The translations under genes were made by a program, and so were the position numbers. The notes under the pieces were generated by a model. It did no database searches and was not told the DNA's origin. It saw only the letters and a list, made by a program, of their open reading frames with translations. A DNA stretch of 64,000 bases from positions 64,001-128,000 of the IMG/VR virus record IMGVR_UViG_3300031951_000017. The stretch is one strand, 5' to 3'. Positions 10,589 through 20,703 of this stretch are shown here, in pieces. Source of the stretch: a virus. Positions within the stretch are counted from its first letter, which is position 1; every line of letters starts with the position of its first letter.

Positions 10589-11449
10589 ATGGAGTTAAAT
10601 AAAGAATATTTTCAAAACCCTTACTATTTTTTCCTAAAAACTAGGAAGGATAGTGGTTCATTATACTATTCAATATCAAATACTTTATCTGAATCGAGAA
10701 AAAAAGACGAAAGATTTGATTTTGATTTAAAGGATATGGATAAAGTTAGAAAGATTGTAATGAAGATTATAAAGGATAAGAAAATAAAAACTATTCCTGA
10801 ATTAAAGAAGGTTTTAACCAAATCTGTAACTAAAAAAGATGATGGTGAAATTTCAGAATTTGTTGATGAGACAGGAGCTATGAAATCTTCTAGAATACCA
10901 AATATTAACCATACCTTATCACCAAACCGTACTATGGACCAAACCATTCTTAATAGAATGACAAACAACCCAGTTACTAGAGGTTATAGAAGATATTATG
11001 GAGAAAACGAATCTAAAAAAGGTAACATAGTTAATGAAACTGATTTTTCTGACGCTTTTGGTTATGAGGAAACTAAAGAAATGGATGGACCTGAAACTTT
11101 TAACTATTTTGTTAATGATTTGGAGATGGACCCAATTGAAGCGATGGAGAGAACAAAACAATTTGGTAAGGACCCTAGCGGTGAAAAAACTAAAAAGGCA
11201 CCGAAAAGGATTAGAAATCAAAAAGGGTTCATTGACAGGATGACTTTAGCAGAAAAAACATTAGAAGAAAACGCCGTCAAAATGATTGAGGATATTTTAA
11301 TGAATTCAAAAACTAAGGATTATGAAGTGACTGAAAGGGAGTCACCTATCAAAAATATATTAAAGAAAAACGTGCTAGCTTTGAAAAATATGGCCGAGAA
11401 AAATGGTTTAAGTGTTAATGAATTAATTAAAATGTTTAAAAGTGAATAG
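10589..11449 (+). CDS. Hypothetical protein, probable head-associated protein
   Basis: First gene after TATTTAT; several hydrophobic-x-E sites (TLSE, EISE, IVNE, TLAE). Confidence 0.55.
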   Translation: MELNKEYFQNPYYFFLKTRKDSGSLYYSISNTLSESRKKDERFDFDLKDMDKVRKIVMKIIKDKKIKTIPELKKVLTKSVTKKDDGEISEFVDETGAMKSSRIPNINHTLSPNRTMDQTILNRMTNNPVTRGYRRYYGENESKKGNIVNETDFSDAFGYEETKEMDGPETFNYFVNDLEMDPIEAMERTKQFGKDPSGEKTKKAPKRIRNQKGFIDRMTLAEKTLEENAVKMIEDILMNSKTKDYEVTERESPIKNILKKNVLALKNMAEKNGLSVNELIKMFKSE

Positions 11450-11912
11450 TAAGTTATACGGAAATATGGTCGATTTACCTAATGATGTTAAAAACGTCCT
11501 TAAATCTGCATTGACCAAACATTCCCAAACTTCAAACAATAATCAAGAAGGTATTACTAGAAATCGAGGTCTTTTAAACAAAGGTAAAGCATCCTACCAA
11601 CAACTAAAAAGAATTAAAAATTGGTTTGATAATTATAACGGACCAAAAGATGCGAAAGAATATGAGTTAAATGGTGGTGATAAAATGAAAGAATGGGTAG
11701 ATGGTATATTAAAACAGATGAGAAATGGTGTACTAACTAGTACTCAAATGAGAAAAGAATATCTTCCCGATAAAACTAAAAACTCAGAATTTAATGTGGA
11801 TTTGAAAAACGACAATCGACCTTCACAATCACATGGAAATTCTTTAGCCAAATATAATATTGATTTAACAGAAAGCCTAAAAAGGATAAATGAAATAATG
11901 TCAAAAATTTAA
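11442..11912 (+). CDS. Hypothetical basic protein
   Basis: Overlaps the upstream gene; C-terminal LTESLKRINEIM motif. Confidence 0.6.
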   Translation: MNSKLYGNMVDLPNDVKNVLKSALTKHSQTSNNNQEGITRNRGLLNKGKASYQQLKRIKNWFDNYNGPKDAKEYELNGGDKMKEWVDGILKQMRNGVLTSTQMRKEYLPDKTKNSEFNVDLKNDNRPSQSHGNSLAKYNIDLTESLKRINEIMSKI

Positions 11913-11916
11913 AATT

Positions 11917-12216
11917 ATGCCACAACCAATTATACCACAAGACTATACCCAACCACTAAATGAATTGGGTCAAATTGGAGCATCTCAAAGAACCGCTCTA
12001 ATCACTGTGAACACATTAAAACCACAGGCAAATGAATATTCAAGTACCAATCCTGATGCGTTGGCAGATGGTGACAATATGGGTAGAGGTACTGGTTTCT
12101 TCTTAGATGTTTACAATCAGGCCGCAGGTACAATTACCGACATCACAGAAAGAAATTCAGAAATAGTTATTAATGAATACAAACCAAATAACCCATATAC
12201 CACACCAACTCTATAA
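11917..12216 (+). CDS. Small putative structural protein
   Basis: 99 aa, PDALADGDNMGRG motif, late operon context. Confidence 0.55.
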   Translation: MPQPIIPQDYTQPLNELGQIGASQRTALITVNTLKPQANEYSSTNPDALADGDNMGRGTGFFLDVYNQAAGTITDITERNSEIVINEYKPNNPYTTPTL

Positions 12217-12629
12217 TGAAATTAACTGACACATTAAAATCTTTAATTGTCGAGGAAGTTGCCTTAGACCAGGTTATTAGTGCGGTTAAAAATAGAAAAA
12301 AAATAATCATTTATTATGATGGTGATGAACCAGGTGGTAAGGGTTTAAGGGAAATAGAACCTGTCTGTATAGGTAGAACTAAGGGTAAGAAAAATTTAGT
12401 AGTTCGAGCATGGGATTCTGAAGGAGCCTCACATAGAGGGTTTTTAGGTACAAGACCTATGCCAGGTTGGAGGCTATTCAAACTTAATAAAATAATAACT
12501 TTTAAGGAAACGGGTGAAACTTTTGATGAACCTAAACCTAATTTTAATTTTAATGGTGACAAAAGTTTAGAAGATATTATTATTATAGCAAAATTCGACA
12601 ATAATCCCGGGGAACAAAATTTAGCTTAA
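12216..12629 (+). CDS. Stand-alone WYL-domain protein
   Basis: A+..R..I.I.Y, REIEP..IG, VVRAW, WRLFKLNKI pattern; no HTH domain. Confidence 0.75.
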   Translation: MKLTDTLKSLIVEEVALDQVISAVKNRKKIIIYYDGDEPGGKGLREIEPVCIGRTKGKKNLVVRAWDSEGASHRGFLGTRPMPGWRLFKLNKIITFKETGETFDEPKPNFNFNGDKSLEDIIIIAKFDNNPGEQNLA

Positions 12630-12630
12630 T

Positions 12631-13203
12631 ATGAGTAAAGATTTAATGGAAAAACTAATGATTTCTAAAGCAATTATGCAGAAATCAGATTCAATAAAAA
12701 GAGGTAATGTGAGTGAATCTTCATTGGACACCACAAGGACAATAAATGCACCTCAATTAGAGTCATTTCAACCAGTTAGTGGTAACTATAATATCCCACA
12801 AGAATTTATACAGGAGTCTCAAGTATCAAAAATGCCACAAGTGGCTACAAAAGATAGAATTGTTAATTCAAAATTACCTGATGAAATTAAACGATTAATG
12901 ATTGAGAATCCTATTGAAGCACCCACATCAATGTATGGTGGGTCAGTTATTAGTGAAGAGTTGGTTGAGAAAGCTTCAAAATTAATGGGTACACAACGAC
13001 CTGAACAAAAAAAAGTGGTATCAGAATCTACTAGTCCTAGTAATTTAAGAGAAATGTTACGTGAGGTTGTTGAGGAAGTTTTAAGAGAGAATGGTGTGAT
13101 TGCCGAGTCCAGTCAAAAAGCTAATGAAACAATCTCCTTCAAAGTCGGGGAACATATTTTTGAGGGTAGAGTTACAAAAATTAAAAAAATCAGAAAACAA
13201 TAA
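12631..13203 (+). CDS. Hypothetical protein, probable prohead core/internal protein
   Basis: Many x-E-S sites (VSES, IQES, VSES, IAES) and LREVVEEVLRE. Confidence 0.55.
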   Translation: MSKDLMEKLMISKAIMQKSDSIKRGNVSESSLDTTRTINAPQLESFQPVSGNYNIPQEFIQESQVSKMPQVATKDRIVNSKLPDEIKRLMIENPIEAPTSMYGGSVISEELVEKASKLMGTQRPEQKKVVSESTSPSNLREMLREVVEEVLRENGVIAESSQKANETISFKVGEHIFEGRVTKIKKIRKQ

Positions 13204-13209
13204 TCTGTA

Positions 13210-13240
13210 TTGATAGTCTGACTTTCTGTTGTTATACTTC
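13210..13240 (+). promoter_or_regulatory. Host-sigma-type promoter for the glyco/nucleotide cluster
   Basis: TTGATA-N17-TATACT directly upstream of 13255. Confidence 0.55.
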
Positions 13241-13254
13241 TAAAAAAAGTAAAA

Positions 13255-14475
13255 ATGACAGAAAAGATTAATGTTTTAGTAGCCCCATCAGACAAAACAG
13301 GAGTAGGTAAATTCCGCTCTGTAGACCCTCACATCGCATTACAACGACTTTATCCTGAAGATTTTCATGTTGATATTGTTTACGATTTTAATTTTGCGGA
13401 TATCAATTTTTGGAAAAAGTATCAGATAGTACATTTCCATCGTAGTATTGGTCACGATTTTGACCAAGCGGTCAATCTAATTAAAATGCTTAAAAGTTTA
13501 GGTATTATAATGGTTATGGATTTAGATGATTATTGGTTACCAACTAAAGAACATCCACTTCATTCTTTGATTTTACAAAACAAAATGAATGAAAAAATAG
13601 TTAATAATCTAAAAGTTGCTGACTATGTGATAACTACAACTGAAATGTTTGCTAATGAAATTAGAAAAATTAACAAAAATGTTGTTGTTATACCAAATTC
13701 TATAGACCCTAGTGAACCACAATTTCAATATGAAAAAACTGAAAGTGATTTATTACGTATTGGTTGGTTAGGAGGTTCTTCACATCTACATGATTTAATG
13801 TTGTTAGATGGTACATTTAATAAATTACGTTCAGATAGAAACAAGTTTCAAACATATTTGGCAGGATTTGACACTAGGGGTACAGTCACAGAAATTAATC
13901 GTGATAATGGACAACAAACACAACGTCCAATTAAACCTCATGAGACTGTTTGGTATCAGTATGAAAAAATAATGACTGACAATTATCATGGACTAGACAC
14001 AAATTATGTAAATTTTCTAATGAAATTTAAGGAAGAACCATATCCCAATATGGACAATCAACAATACGTTAGAGTTTGGACTAGACCTGTTAATGCATAC
14101 GCCGCTAACTATAAAAGATTTGATGTTTCGTTGGCACCAATTAAAAATCATATCTTTAATAGAGTTAAATCACAATTAAAGGTTATTGAGGCGGGATTTC
14201 ATAAAAAAGCATTGATTGCGTCAAATGTGGGTCCGTACACAATCGATTTGAAACATTGTTTAGATAAAGGTAATTTTGTATCGGGTGCTAATGCTTTTTT
14301 AGTTGATGAGAATAAGAACCATTCAGACTGGTCAAAATACATTAAAAAATTAATCGATAATCCAAACTTGGTTACCGATTTGGGAGAATCTTTGTATGAA
14401 ACAGTTAAAGATACTTACCATATTGATACAACAACTAAATTTAGAAGTGAATTTTATAAATCTTTAGTAAAATGA
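13255..14475 (+). CDS. GT-B fold glycosyltransferase (GT4-like)
   Basis: MDLDD, IGWLGGSSH, DVSLAP...FN..KS.LKVIEAG...IASNVGPY. Confidence 0.8.
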   Translation: MTEKINVLVAPSDKTGVGKFRSVDPHIALQRLYPEDFHVDIVYDFNFADINFWKKYQIVHFHRSIGHDFDQAVNLIKMLKSLGIIMVMDLDDYWLPTKEHPLHSLILQNKMNEKIVNNLKVADYVITTTEMFANEIRKINKNVVVIPNSIDPSEPQFQYEKTESDLLRIGWLGGSSHLHDLMLLDGTFNKLRSDRNKFQTYLAGFDTRGTVTEINRDNGQQTQRPIKPHETVWYQYEKIMTDNYHGLDTNYVNFLMKFKEEPYPNMDNQQYVRVWTRPVNAYAANYKRFDVSLAPIKNHIFNRVKSQLKVIEAGFHKKALIASNVGPYTIDLKHCLDKGNFVSGANAFLVDENKNHSDWSKYIKKLIDNPNLVTDLGESLYETVKDTYHIDTTTKFRSEFYKSLVK

Positions 14476-15170
14476 TAAACACACCTTTAGACCACATCTT
14501 ATTTATTGATATTGAAACTGTGGGAATCACTAGTACATATGAACAATTCTGTGTTGATTACCCTGAGCTTTGTTTCCAATATAAAAACTACTATGATTGG
14601 TTTCAAAAACGATTTGTGGAAGACTCTCATTTAGACTTAGGTGAAATGTTTAATAAACGTTCAGCTTTAGTTCCAGAGTTTGCAAAAATAATTTGTGTTT
14701 CAGTAGCGTTTGTTGACCCAAAAGGAGAGTTAAGAAAACAAACTTTTTTTAATTCAGATGAGAAGGTGTTACTTAAAGAAGTTAATAGTCTATTAGATAA
14801 GGTTAATAAATTAAATTTTATACTTTGTGGACATAATCTAAAGAACTTTGATATCCCAATGTTAGCAAAACGTATGATTATCAACGGAATACGTCCATCA
14901 CAGATGTTACCGACACACGACACAAAACCTTGGGAGATTAAAGCGATTGATACTAAGGAATTTTGGCAGTATGGTCAGTTTGGAGCGATTTCTTCCTTAG
15001 AATTAATGTGTGTTAGTATGGGTGTACCATCATCTAAAACTATGGAAGTAACAGGGGACTCAATTCACAAAACTTACTGGTTTGATGAGAAATACGACCA
15101 AATAAAAGAGTATTGTGAAAAAGATGTTGAGTGTTTAGTTGAAGTAATAAAAAAAATTAAAAGTCTATAA
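14472..15170 (+). CDS. DEDD 3'-5' exonuclease (PolB-exonuclease related)
   Basis: FIDIETV, GHN..NFDIP, YCEKDV. Confidence 0.85.
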   Translation: MINTPLDHILFIDIETVGITSTYEQFCVDYPELCFQYKNYYDWFQKRFVEDSHLDLGEMFNKRSALVPEFAKIICVSVAFVDPKGELRKQTFFNSDEKVLLKEVNSLLDKVNKLNFILCGHNLKNFDIPMLAKRMIINGIRPSQMLPTHDTKPWEIKAIDTKEFWQYGQFGAISSLELMCVSMGVPSSKTMEVTGDSIHKTYWFDEKYDQIKEYCEKDVECLVEVIKKIKSL

Positions 15171-15171
15171 T

Positions 15172-15762
15172 ATGAGTGAAAAAAATTTTAACATTAATGA
15201 TTATAAGTTTCTTTTTGAGAAGGATGGTGACGACGGTAATTATAAAAAGATTTTAGATTCATTTTCAGATAGAATCAGTAATATCCAAGACAAATTTGAT
15301 GTTAGTGGATTCACCCCAAAAAAAATATTAGAGTATAAAGTACTAAGTCCGTATGCTACTCATCCTTCTTATGTATATCCTACGGACTCAGGATTTGATT
15401 TATACTCTACCGAATCTCTGATAATTCCACCATTAGGAAGAGCTTTAGTTCCCACAGGTTTGTCATTTGACCTACCTGATGGAACCGAACTTCAAATTAG
15501 AAGTAAAAGTGGGTTGGCCATCAATAAAGGTATAATGGTTTTAAATTCACCAGGAACTGTTGATTGTGGTTACACAGGTGAAGTTAAGATTATCCTATTT
15601 AATTGTTCGTCTGAAGCTGTTGAAATTGAGAGAGGGATGAAAATCGCTCAAGCGGTATATGTTAATTGTATGAATGGTAAGTGGGTTGAGTTGGAGGAAG
15701 TTGATGAAATTAAAGGGAAAGATAGAAACGATAATGGTTTTGGTAGTACAGGTTTAAAATAA
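15172..15762 (+). CDS. dut: Trimeric dUTPase
   Basis: SGFDL, SKSGL, NSPGTVDCGYTGE, IAQ, R...GFGSTG. Confidence 0.95.
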   Translation: MSEKNFNINDYKFLFEKDGDDGNYKKILDSFSDRISNIQDKFDVSGFTPKKILEYKVLSPYATHPSYVYPTDSGFDLYSTESLIIPPLGRALVPTGLSFDLPDGTELQIRSKSGLAINKGIMVLNSPGTVDCGYTGEVKIILFNCSSEAVEIERGMKIAQAVYVNCMNGKWVELEEVDEIKGKDRNDNGFGSTGLK

Positions 15763-15780
15763 AAATATAAAATATTAGTC

Positions 15781-16434
15781 ATGTATTTAAAACAACCCTA
15801 TAAAATTTTTTATGATACAAAAAAGTATCCTTTCAAAGAAATTGTAAAAGAAATATTAGAAATTAACAATTCTGAATTTGATTTATCCGAACTTCATAAA
15901 ATCGAGAAGTATGATTTATTAGTTCGTGAAAAAGACCAATCAACTAAATGGCATAAAAAGTATTACGAAAAGTTTGAATCTAAATTTAAACCTGTTTATC
16001 TAGAACTAGTCACAGAACTAAAAGAAAGATATGGGTATTCTTCAATAGTATACCAACAAATCCCAACATTTAGAGTTCAATTAGGTGATGGTAATTTAGG
16101 TGTTGGTGAATGGCATAAAGATAAAACATATAATCATGGCAGTGATGAACTTAATTTTTGGATGCCGTTTGTAGACACTAATGACCTAAATTGTGTATGG
16201 TTTGAGTCTGAGGAAGATAAAGGTGATTTTAGACCATATAATGTAAATTATGGGGAAATTTTAGTTTTTGATGGTGCAAACTTAAATCATGGGAATCAAA
16301 AAAACGATAGTGATTTCACTAGAGTTTCAGTTGATTTTAGATTAGTTGACCCAAATAAATTCAAACCAAACCAAGAAGGGTCGATTAATATGAAAACTAA
16401 ATTTGACATCGGCGGATATTTTGAAAAACTATAA
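15781..16434 (+). CDS. 2OG-Fe(II) oxygenase (StrG/PhyH-like)
   Basis: WHKD..YNH, NFWMP, HGN..N, TRVSVDFR. Confidence 0.75.
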   Translation: MYLKQPYKIFYDTKKYPFKEIVKEILEINNSEFDLSELHKIEKYDLLVREKDQSTKWHKKYYEKFESKFKPVYLELVTELKERYGYSSIVYQQIPTFRVQLGDGNLGVGEWHKDKTYNHGSDELNFWMPFVDTNDLNCVWFESEEDKGDFRPYNVNYGEILVFDGANLNHGNQKNDSDFTRVSVDFRLVDPNKFKPNQEGSINMKTKFDIGGYFEKL

Positions 16435-16436
16435 AT

Positions 16437-17948
16437 ATGATAACAATAATTTACTCAACTCATAAGGATGAGAACTACAATTCCAAGTTTAAATCTCATC
16501 TAATAAAGAGTGTTGGACTAAAAAATGTTCAGATACTAGAATACGTAAACCATAACGAATTTCCTTTATCAATTGTATATAATAAAGGAATTTCTGAAGC
16601 CAAATATGACATTATTGTTTGTTGTCATAATGATATTAAACTTGAAAGTGGTTGGGGTAAAAAACTTCTAAAAGACTTTTCTAAAAATCCTGAATTTGGG
16701 ATTATAGGTAAAGCTGGGTCTTGTTATTTTCCAAGTTCAGGTGTGTACTGGGAAAAAATGAATCAAACGATGGTTGGTCAGGTATATCACGAACCAAAGG
16801 GACAAAAAAAATGGTTAAGTAAGTACTCAAATAAATTTGAATTTTTAATGCCCGTTGTAACAATTGATGGTTTATTTATATCTTTCAATAGGAATAAAAT
16901 TAAACATCTTTTTGATGAAAGTATTCCAGGTTTTCATTTTTACGACCATGCTTTTTGTCTACCTAACTATTTAGATAATGTTAAAATAGGTGTAACAACA
17001 TCTTTTGATATTACCCATGAATCCGTGGGTATGGTAGGTGATGATTTTCATGTAACTAAATTAATATTTTTAAAGAAATACGGAGTTCATTTACCACAAG
17101 ATTTAAAACCAAATGAGTTTGTTTGTGAAAAAACCACACCAAAAAAAATTAAAACAAATGATAAAGTTGCAATAATCATACCGACAAAAGGATTAACTAG
17201 CATGCTATTTCAATGTTTAGACTCTTTTTATGAACATTGTCACTCAGATAATTTTCACATTTTTATTGGTGACACAGGGTCAACACCAAAAGAGTTAGAC
17301 GAAATTGAATCCTACATTAACAATAAAAATAATATAACATTAATTAAATACGATTGGTATCAGTACTCAAAAACAAATAACACGATAGTTAAAGATAACA
17401 TTAGTAATGAGTATACATATCTGTTATTTTGTAATAACGATATAAAGATAATGAACGATGTTATTTACAAAATGTCTGAGGTTTTTAGAACTAATACTAA
17501 AACTGGAACTGTTGGATGTAGATTATATTTTGAGGACAATACGTTACAACATAATTCAATGATTATTTACCACAGAAAGGATATGAACCTGTTCATCCCA
17601 ACGCATGAATTTTTTGGCAGTTACTACCGTAGTACAACTGGAAAAAAGAATTGTTTGGGTAATACTGCGGCTTTGATGATGATTAAAAAGAAAACATTTG
17701 ATTTATTAGGTGGTTTTGATGAGAACTATTTGTATCACTTTGAGGATGTAGATTTGAATCTAAAATGTAAAATGATAGGTTTGACAAATATTTTTGAAGG
17801 TACTGCGGTAGCTTATCATTATGAATCAATGTCTAAGAAAGTTGAGGGTAAGAGGGAGGATTTAGAAAAGAAAGACACATTTTTATTAAATAAAAAAATA
17901 AATGAGAATTTAAAATTATTACAAAATGACATTTTAGTCTTACAATAA
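16437..17948 (+). CDS. Two-domain GT-A (GT2-like) glycosyltransferase
   Basis: CHNDI, DGLF and FHFYD in domain 1; IIIPT, GDTGS, CNND and GGFDE..FEDVD in domain 2. Confidence 0.85.
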   Translation: MITIIYSTHKDENYNSKFKSHLIKSVGLKNVQILEYVNHNEFPLSIVYNKGISEAKYDIIVCCHNDIKLESGWGKKLLKDFSKNPEFGIIGKAGSCYFPSSGVYWEKMNQTMVGQVYHEPKGQKKWLSKYSNKFEFLMPVVTIDGLFISFNRNKIKHLFDESIPGFHFYDHAFCLPNYLDNVKIGVTTSFDITHESVGMVGDDFHVTKLIFLKKYGVHLPQDLKPNEFVCEKTTPKKIKTNDKVAIIIPTKGLTSMLFQCLDSFYEHCHSDNFHIFIGDTGSTPKELDEIESYINNKNNITLIKYDWYQYSKTNNTIVKDNISNEYTYLLFCNNDIKIMNDVIYKMSEVFRTNTKTGTVGCRLYFEDNTLQHNSMIIYHRKDMNLFIPTHEFFGSYYRSTTGKKNCLGNTAALMMIKKKTFDLLGGFDENYLYHFEDVDLNLKCKMIGLTNIFEGTAVAYHYESMSKKVEGKREDLEKKDTFLLNKKINENLKLLQNDILVLQ

Positions 17949-17993
17949 TAATTTTTTATATACAAAAAATTTAATAAACATATATTTTAAAAT

Positions 17994-18734
17994 ATGAGTA
18001 AAAAAATAGGTACTTTTATTTTTGTACACGACCAAGAAATTGTCCTAGACTTTATTAATTGTGAAAAATTTCAAGTCTTTGAAAATCTTACATTTGTATT
18101 TGTTGGTAATAAAGACACTTCAAAAATTGAAAATATTAGTAATGTTGTGATTTGTAAAAACCTCGTATATAATATTGAGGAATATCCTAAACTTACTTCG
18201 TATACTGGGTGGTATGCCATATGGAAAAATGAATTATATAAAGAATATGACTACTTAAATTTATTTGAGTATGACGTAAATATTTTAGAAAATTTTAATG
18301 AATCTCAGTCAGAAGTATTAGAATCAGGGTTGGTTGGGTATATACCATTATCAATTAATAATTCATCATACATAAGAGTTAAAAAATGGAGTGAGGAAAT
18401 AATCCTCTCAATTAAAGAAAAATACGATACGGATATTTACAAACTTGTAGATAATTTAGATAAAAATTTCAATTGTTCTATAACATCCAACCATACATTT
18501 AGTAAAATTAATTTTGAAAATTATATGTTGTGGGTTGAGCCCCTAGTTGAGGACATAAAAGATTTAGAGATGGCAGGACACCAAATTGAAAGGTCAATAA
18601 GTTTTTTCTATTTAGTTAACAACATCGAATTTAAAATTCTTCCTTATGTTTTAAAACATTTTCAATTCGATAGTCATAAAACACAAGGTATTAGTCAAGA
18701 AAAATTTAACACAAATTACAAAAAATTATTATGA
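17994..18734 (+). CDS. Putative glycosyltransferase-like protein
   Basis: FEYD, GHQIER; glyco-cluster context. Confidence 0.5.
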   Translation: MSKKIGTFIFVHDQEIVLDFINCEKFQVFENLTFVFVGNKDTSKIENISNVVICKNLVYNIEEYPKLTSYTGWYAIWKNELYKEYDYLNLFEYDVNILENFNESQSEVLESGLVGYIPLSINNSSYIRVKKWSEEIILSIKEKYDTDIYKLVDNLDKNFNCSITSNHTFSKINFENYMLWVEPLVEDIKDLEMAGHQIERSISFFYLVNNIEFKILPYVLKHFQFDSHKTQGISQEKFNTNYKKLL

Positions 18735-19423
18735 TTAAATTTGATGATATAAAAGTAATTACGTTTGCAAAAGGTAATTTTTTGAATTCGCAGACTATTC
18801 TTTCGGAACATCTTAATAAATTAGGTATTAGTAATCAAATAAATCTTTCTGATAAAGATTTACCTGAGGATTTTAAACAAAAACACAAACTTTTTTTTAA
18901 CGAAATACGTGGCTATGGTTATTGGATTTGGAAACCATTTATTATTTTAAATGAAATTTTTAAATTATCTAATAATGAGATTTTGGTGTACATAGACTCT
19001 ACTGATTTACCCAAACTACCTTTTTTTGAGTTTTTACAAACACATTTTATAACTGAAGATATTTTACTTACAAATCGTGGTTACAAAAATGGAGAGTGGA
19101 CTAAAAGAGATTGTTTCATTAGTATGAATTGTGATAGTGAAAAATATCATAATGCGATACAATTAGAGGCCGGATTAATGGCGTTTAAAAAAAATGATTT
19201 ATGTATTAATCTCCTATCAGAATGGTTTGAATTTATGCAAAACAAACAAATAGTTGACGATAGTCCAAATACTTTAGGATTTCCAAATCTTACAAATTTT
19301 AAAGAACATAGACATGACCAAAGTATATTAACAAATCTAAGTATTAGTAAAAATATAAAAAACTTCAACATTGGGAGTGAATATGTAAATTTTAATTTTA
19401 ATCAACCAAGAATATATATATGA
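18731..19423 (+). CDS. Putative GT-A glycosyltransferase / nucleotide-diphospho-sugar transferase
   Basis: GYGYWIWKP, YIDS, HRHDQS motifs. Confidence 0.7.
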   Translation: MIKFDDIKVITFAKGNFLNSQTILSEHLNKLGISNQINLSDKDLPEDFKQKHKLFFNEIRGYGYWIWKPFIILNEIFKLSNNEILVYIDSTDLPKLPFFEFLQTHFITEDILLTNRGYKNGEWTKRDCFISMNCDSEKYHNAIQLEAGLMAFKKNDLCINLLSEWFEFMQNKQIVDDSPNTLGFPNLTNFKEHRHDQSILTNLSISKNIKNFNIGSEYVNFNFNQPRIYI

Positions 19424-20067
19424 AAAACTTATTATCAAATATAAACCCTCAGACAATAATCGAGGATGAGTTCATTAAAAATCTACTTAATTTTGAAGAT
19501 GTCTTTAAAGAAATACTAAGTGTATGTAACAATAAATTTAGTTTTGGTACTGGTAGTTACTTGTTTGACGGTACAAAATACGAGTATTGTGATAAAATGT
19601 TTCAAAAACAAGTTCTACTTTATGAAAAAGTCAAAAATATTAATAGTGTATGTGAAATAGGTACTTACATGGGACATTCACTATTAATAATGCTGATATC
19701 TAATCCTAGACTAAGGATTACGTCTATTGACATTGATGATACCTTTAGTTTACCTGCCATTAAATTATTAGAAAAAAAATTTAATACAAATATAAATTTT
19801 ATAAAAGGAAGTAGTTTAGACGTACTCCCCAATCTCCAAGAAAAATTTGACTTATTTCATATTGATGGGACACACAAATTAGATTTTGTAACAAAAGAAT
19901 TTGAAATGTGTAAGAATCTTACTTCATCAGATGAAATTAATGTTATATTTGATGATTATGACACAATATCTGAAATGAAAAATCTTATTCTTAAAAAACA
20001 TACTATTTTAGAACAGGTAGTCCCAAATTGTAATTGGAGAAATTCTTATTTAAAAATAAAATTATAA
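19420..20067 (+). CDS. Class I SAM-dependent methyltransferase (Methyltransf_24-like)
   Basis: EIGTYMGHS, FDLFHIDGTH, IFDD. Confidence 0.85.
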   Translation: MKNLLSNINPQTIIEDEFIKNLLNFEDVFKEILSVCNNKFSFGTGSYLFDGTKYEYCDKMFQKQVLLYEKVKNINSVCEIGTYMGHSLLIMLISNPRLRITSIDIDDTFSLPAIKLLEKKFNTNINFIKGSSLDVLPNLQEKFDLFHIDGTHKLDFVTKEFEMCKNLTSSDEINVIFDDYDTISEMKNLILKKHTILEQVVPNCNWRNSYLKIKL

Positions 20068-20077
20068 AGATAAAATT

Positions 20078-20695
20078 ATGAAAACAGAATTATGTGAAAT
20101 AATGACTAGACATGGTAGTGATAAAGGACATGGGGTGCATAACTACACTATTTTTTATTATGAATTATTTAAAGACATCAAAGATAAAAAAATGAATATT
20201 TTTGAGCTAGGTTTAGGTACAAATAACACAGATATTCCATCTAATATGGGTAGTTCTGGAAAACCTGGAGCTTCTTTGAGGGGGTGGAAAGAATTTTTTA
20301 CAAACTCAATGGTTTATGGGGCGGATGTTGATAAAAGAATATTATTTAATGAGGATAGAATAATTACGTTTTATTGCGACCAAAAAAATCCATTAGAAAT
20401 AAAAAATATGTGGGAAAGTGAGATACTTAATAACTTATCATTTGATATTATTATTGAGGATGGTTTACACGAATTTGATGCTAATTTAATTTTTTTAGAA
20501 AATTCACTTCATAAATTAACAAATGATGGTGTTTATATATGTGAAGATTTAAAACCAAATACAATTGAGTTATTTGAAAAAGAAATACCACTTTTAGAAA
20601 AAAAATACCCTGATTGTAAATTTGAATTGAAAAAATTAGAAAATTCCCTGAATGTATATAACGACAATAATATATTAGTTATTAAAAAATTTTAA
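20078..20695 (+). CDS. SAM-dependent (sugar O-)methyltransferase
   Basis: GSDK..HNY, ELGLG, GASLRGW, FDIIIEDGLH, GVYICED. Confidence 0.8.
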   Translation: MKTELCEIMTRHGSDKGHGVHNYTIFYYELFKDIKDKKMNIFELGLGTNNTDIPSNMGSSGKPGASLRGWKEFFTNSMVYGADVDKRILFNEDRIITFYCDQKNPLEIKNMWESEILNNLSFDIIIEDGLHEFDANLIFLENSLHKLTNDGVYICEDLKPNTIELFEKEIPLLEKKYPDCKFELKKLENSLNVYNDNNILVIKKF

Positions 20696-20703
20696 TACAA
20701 AAA

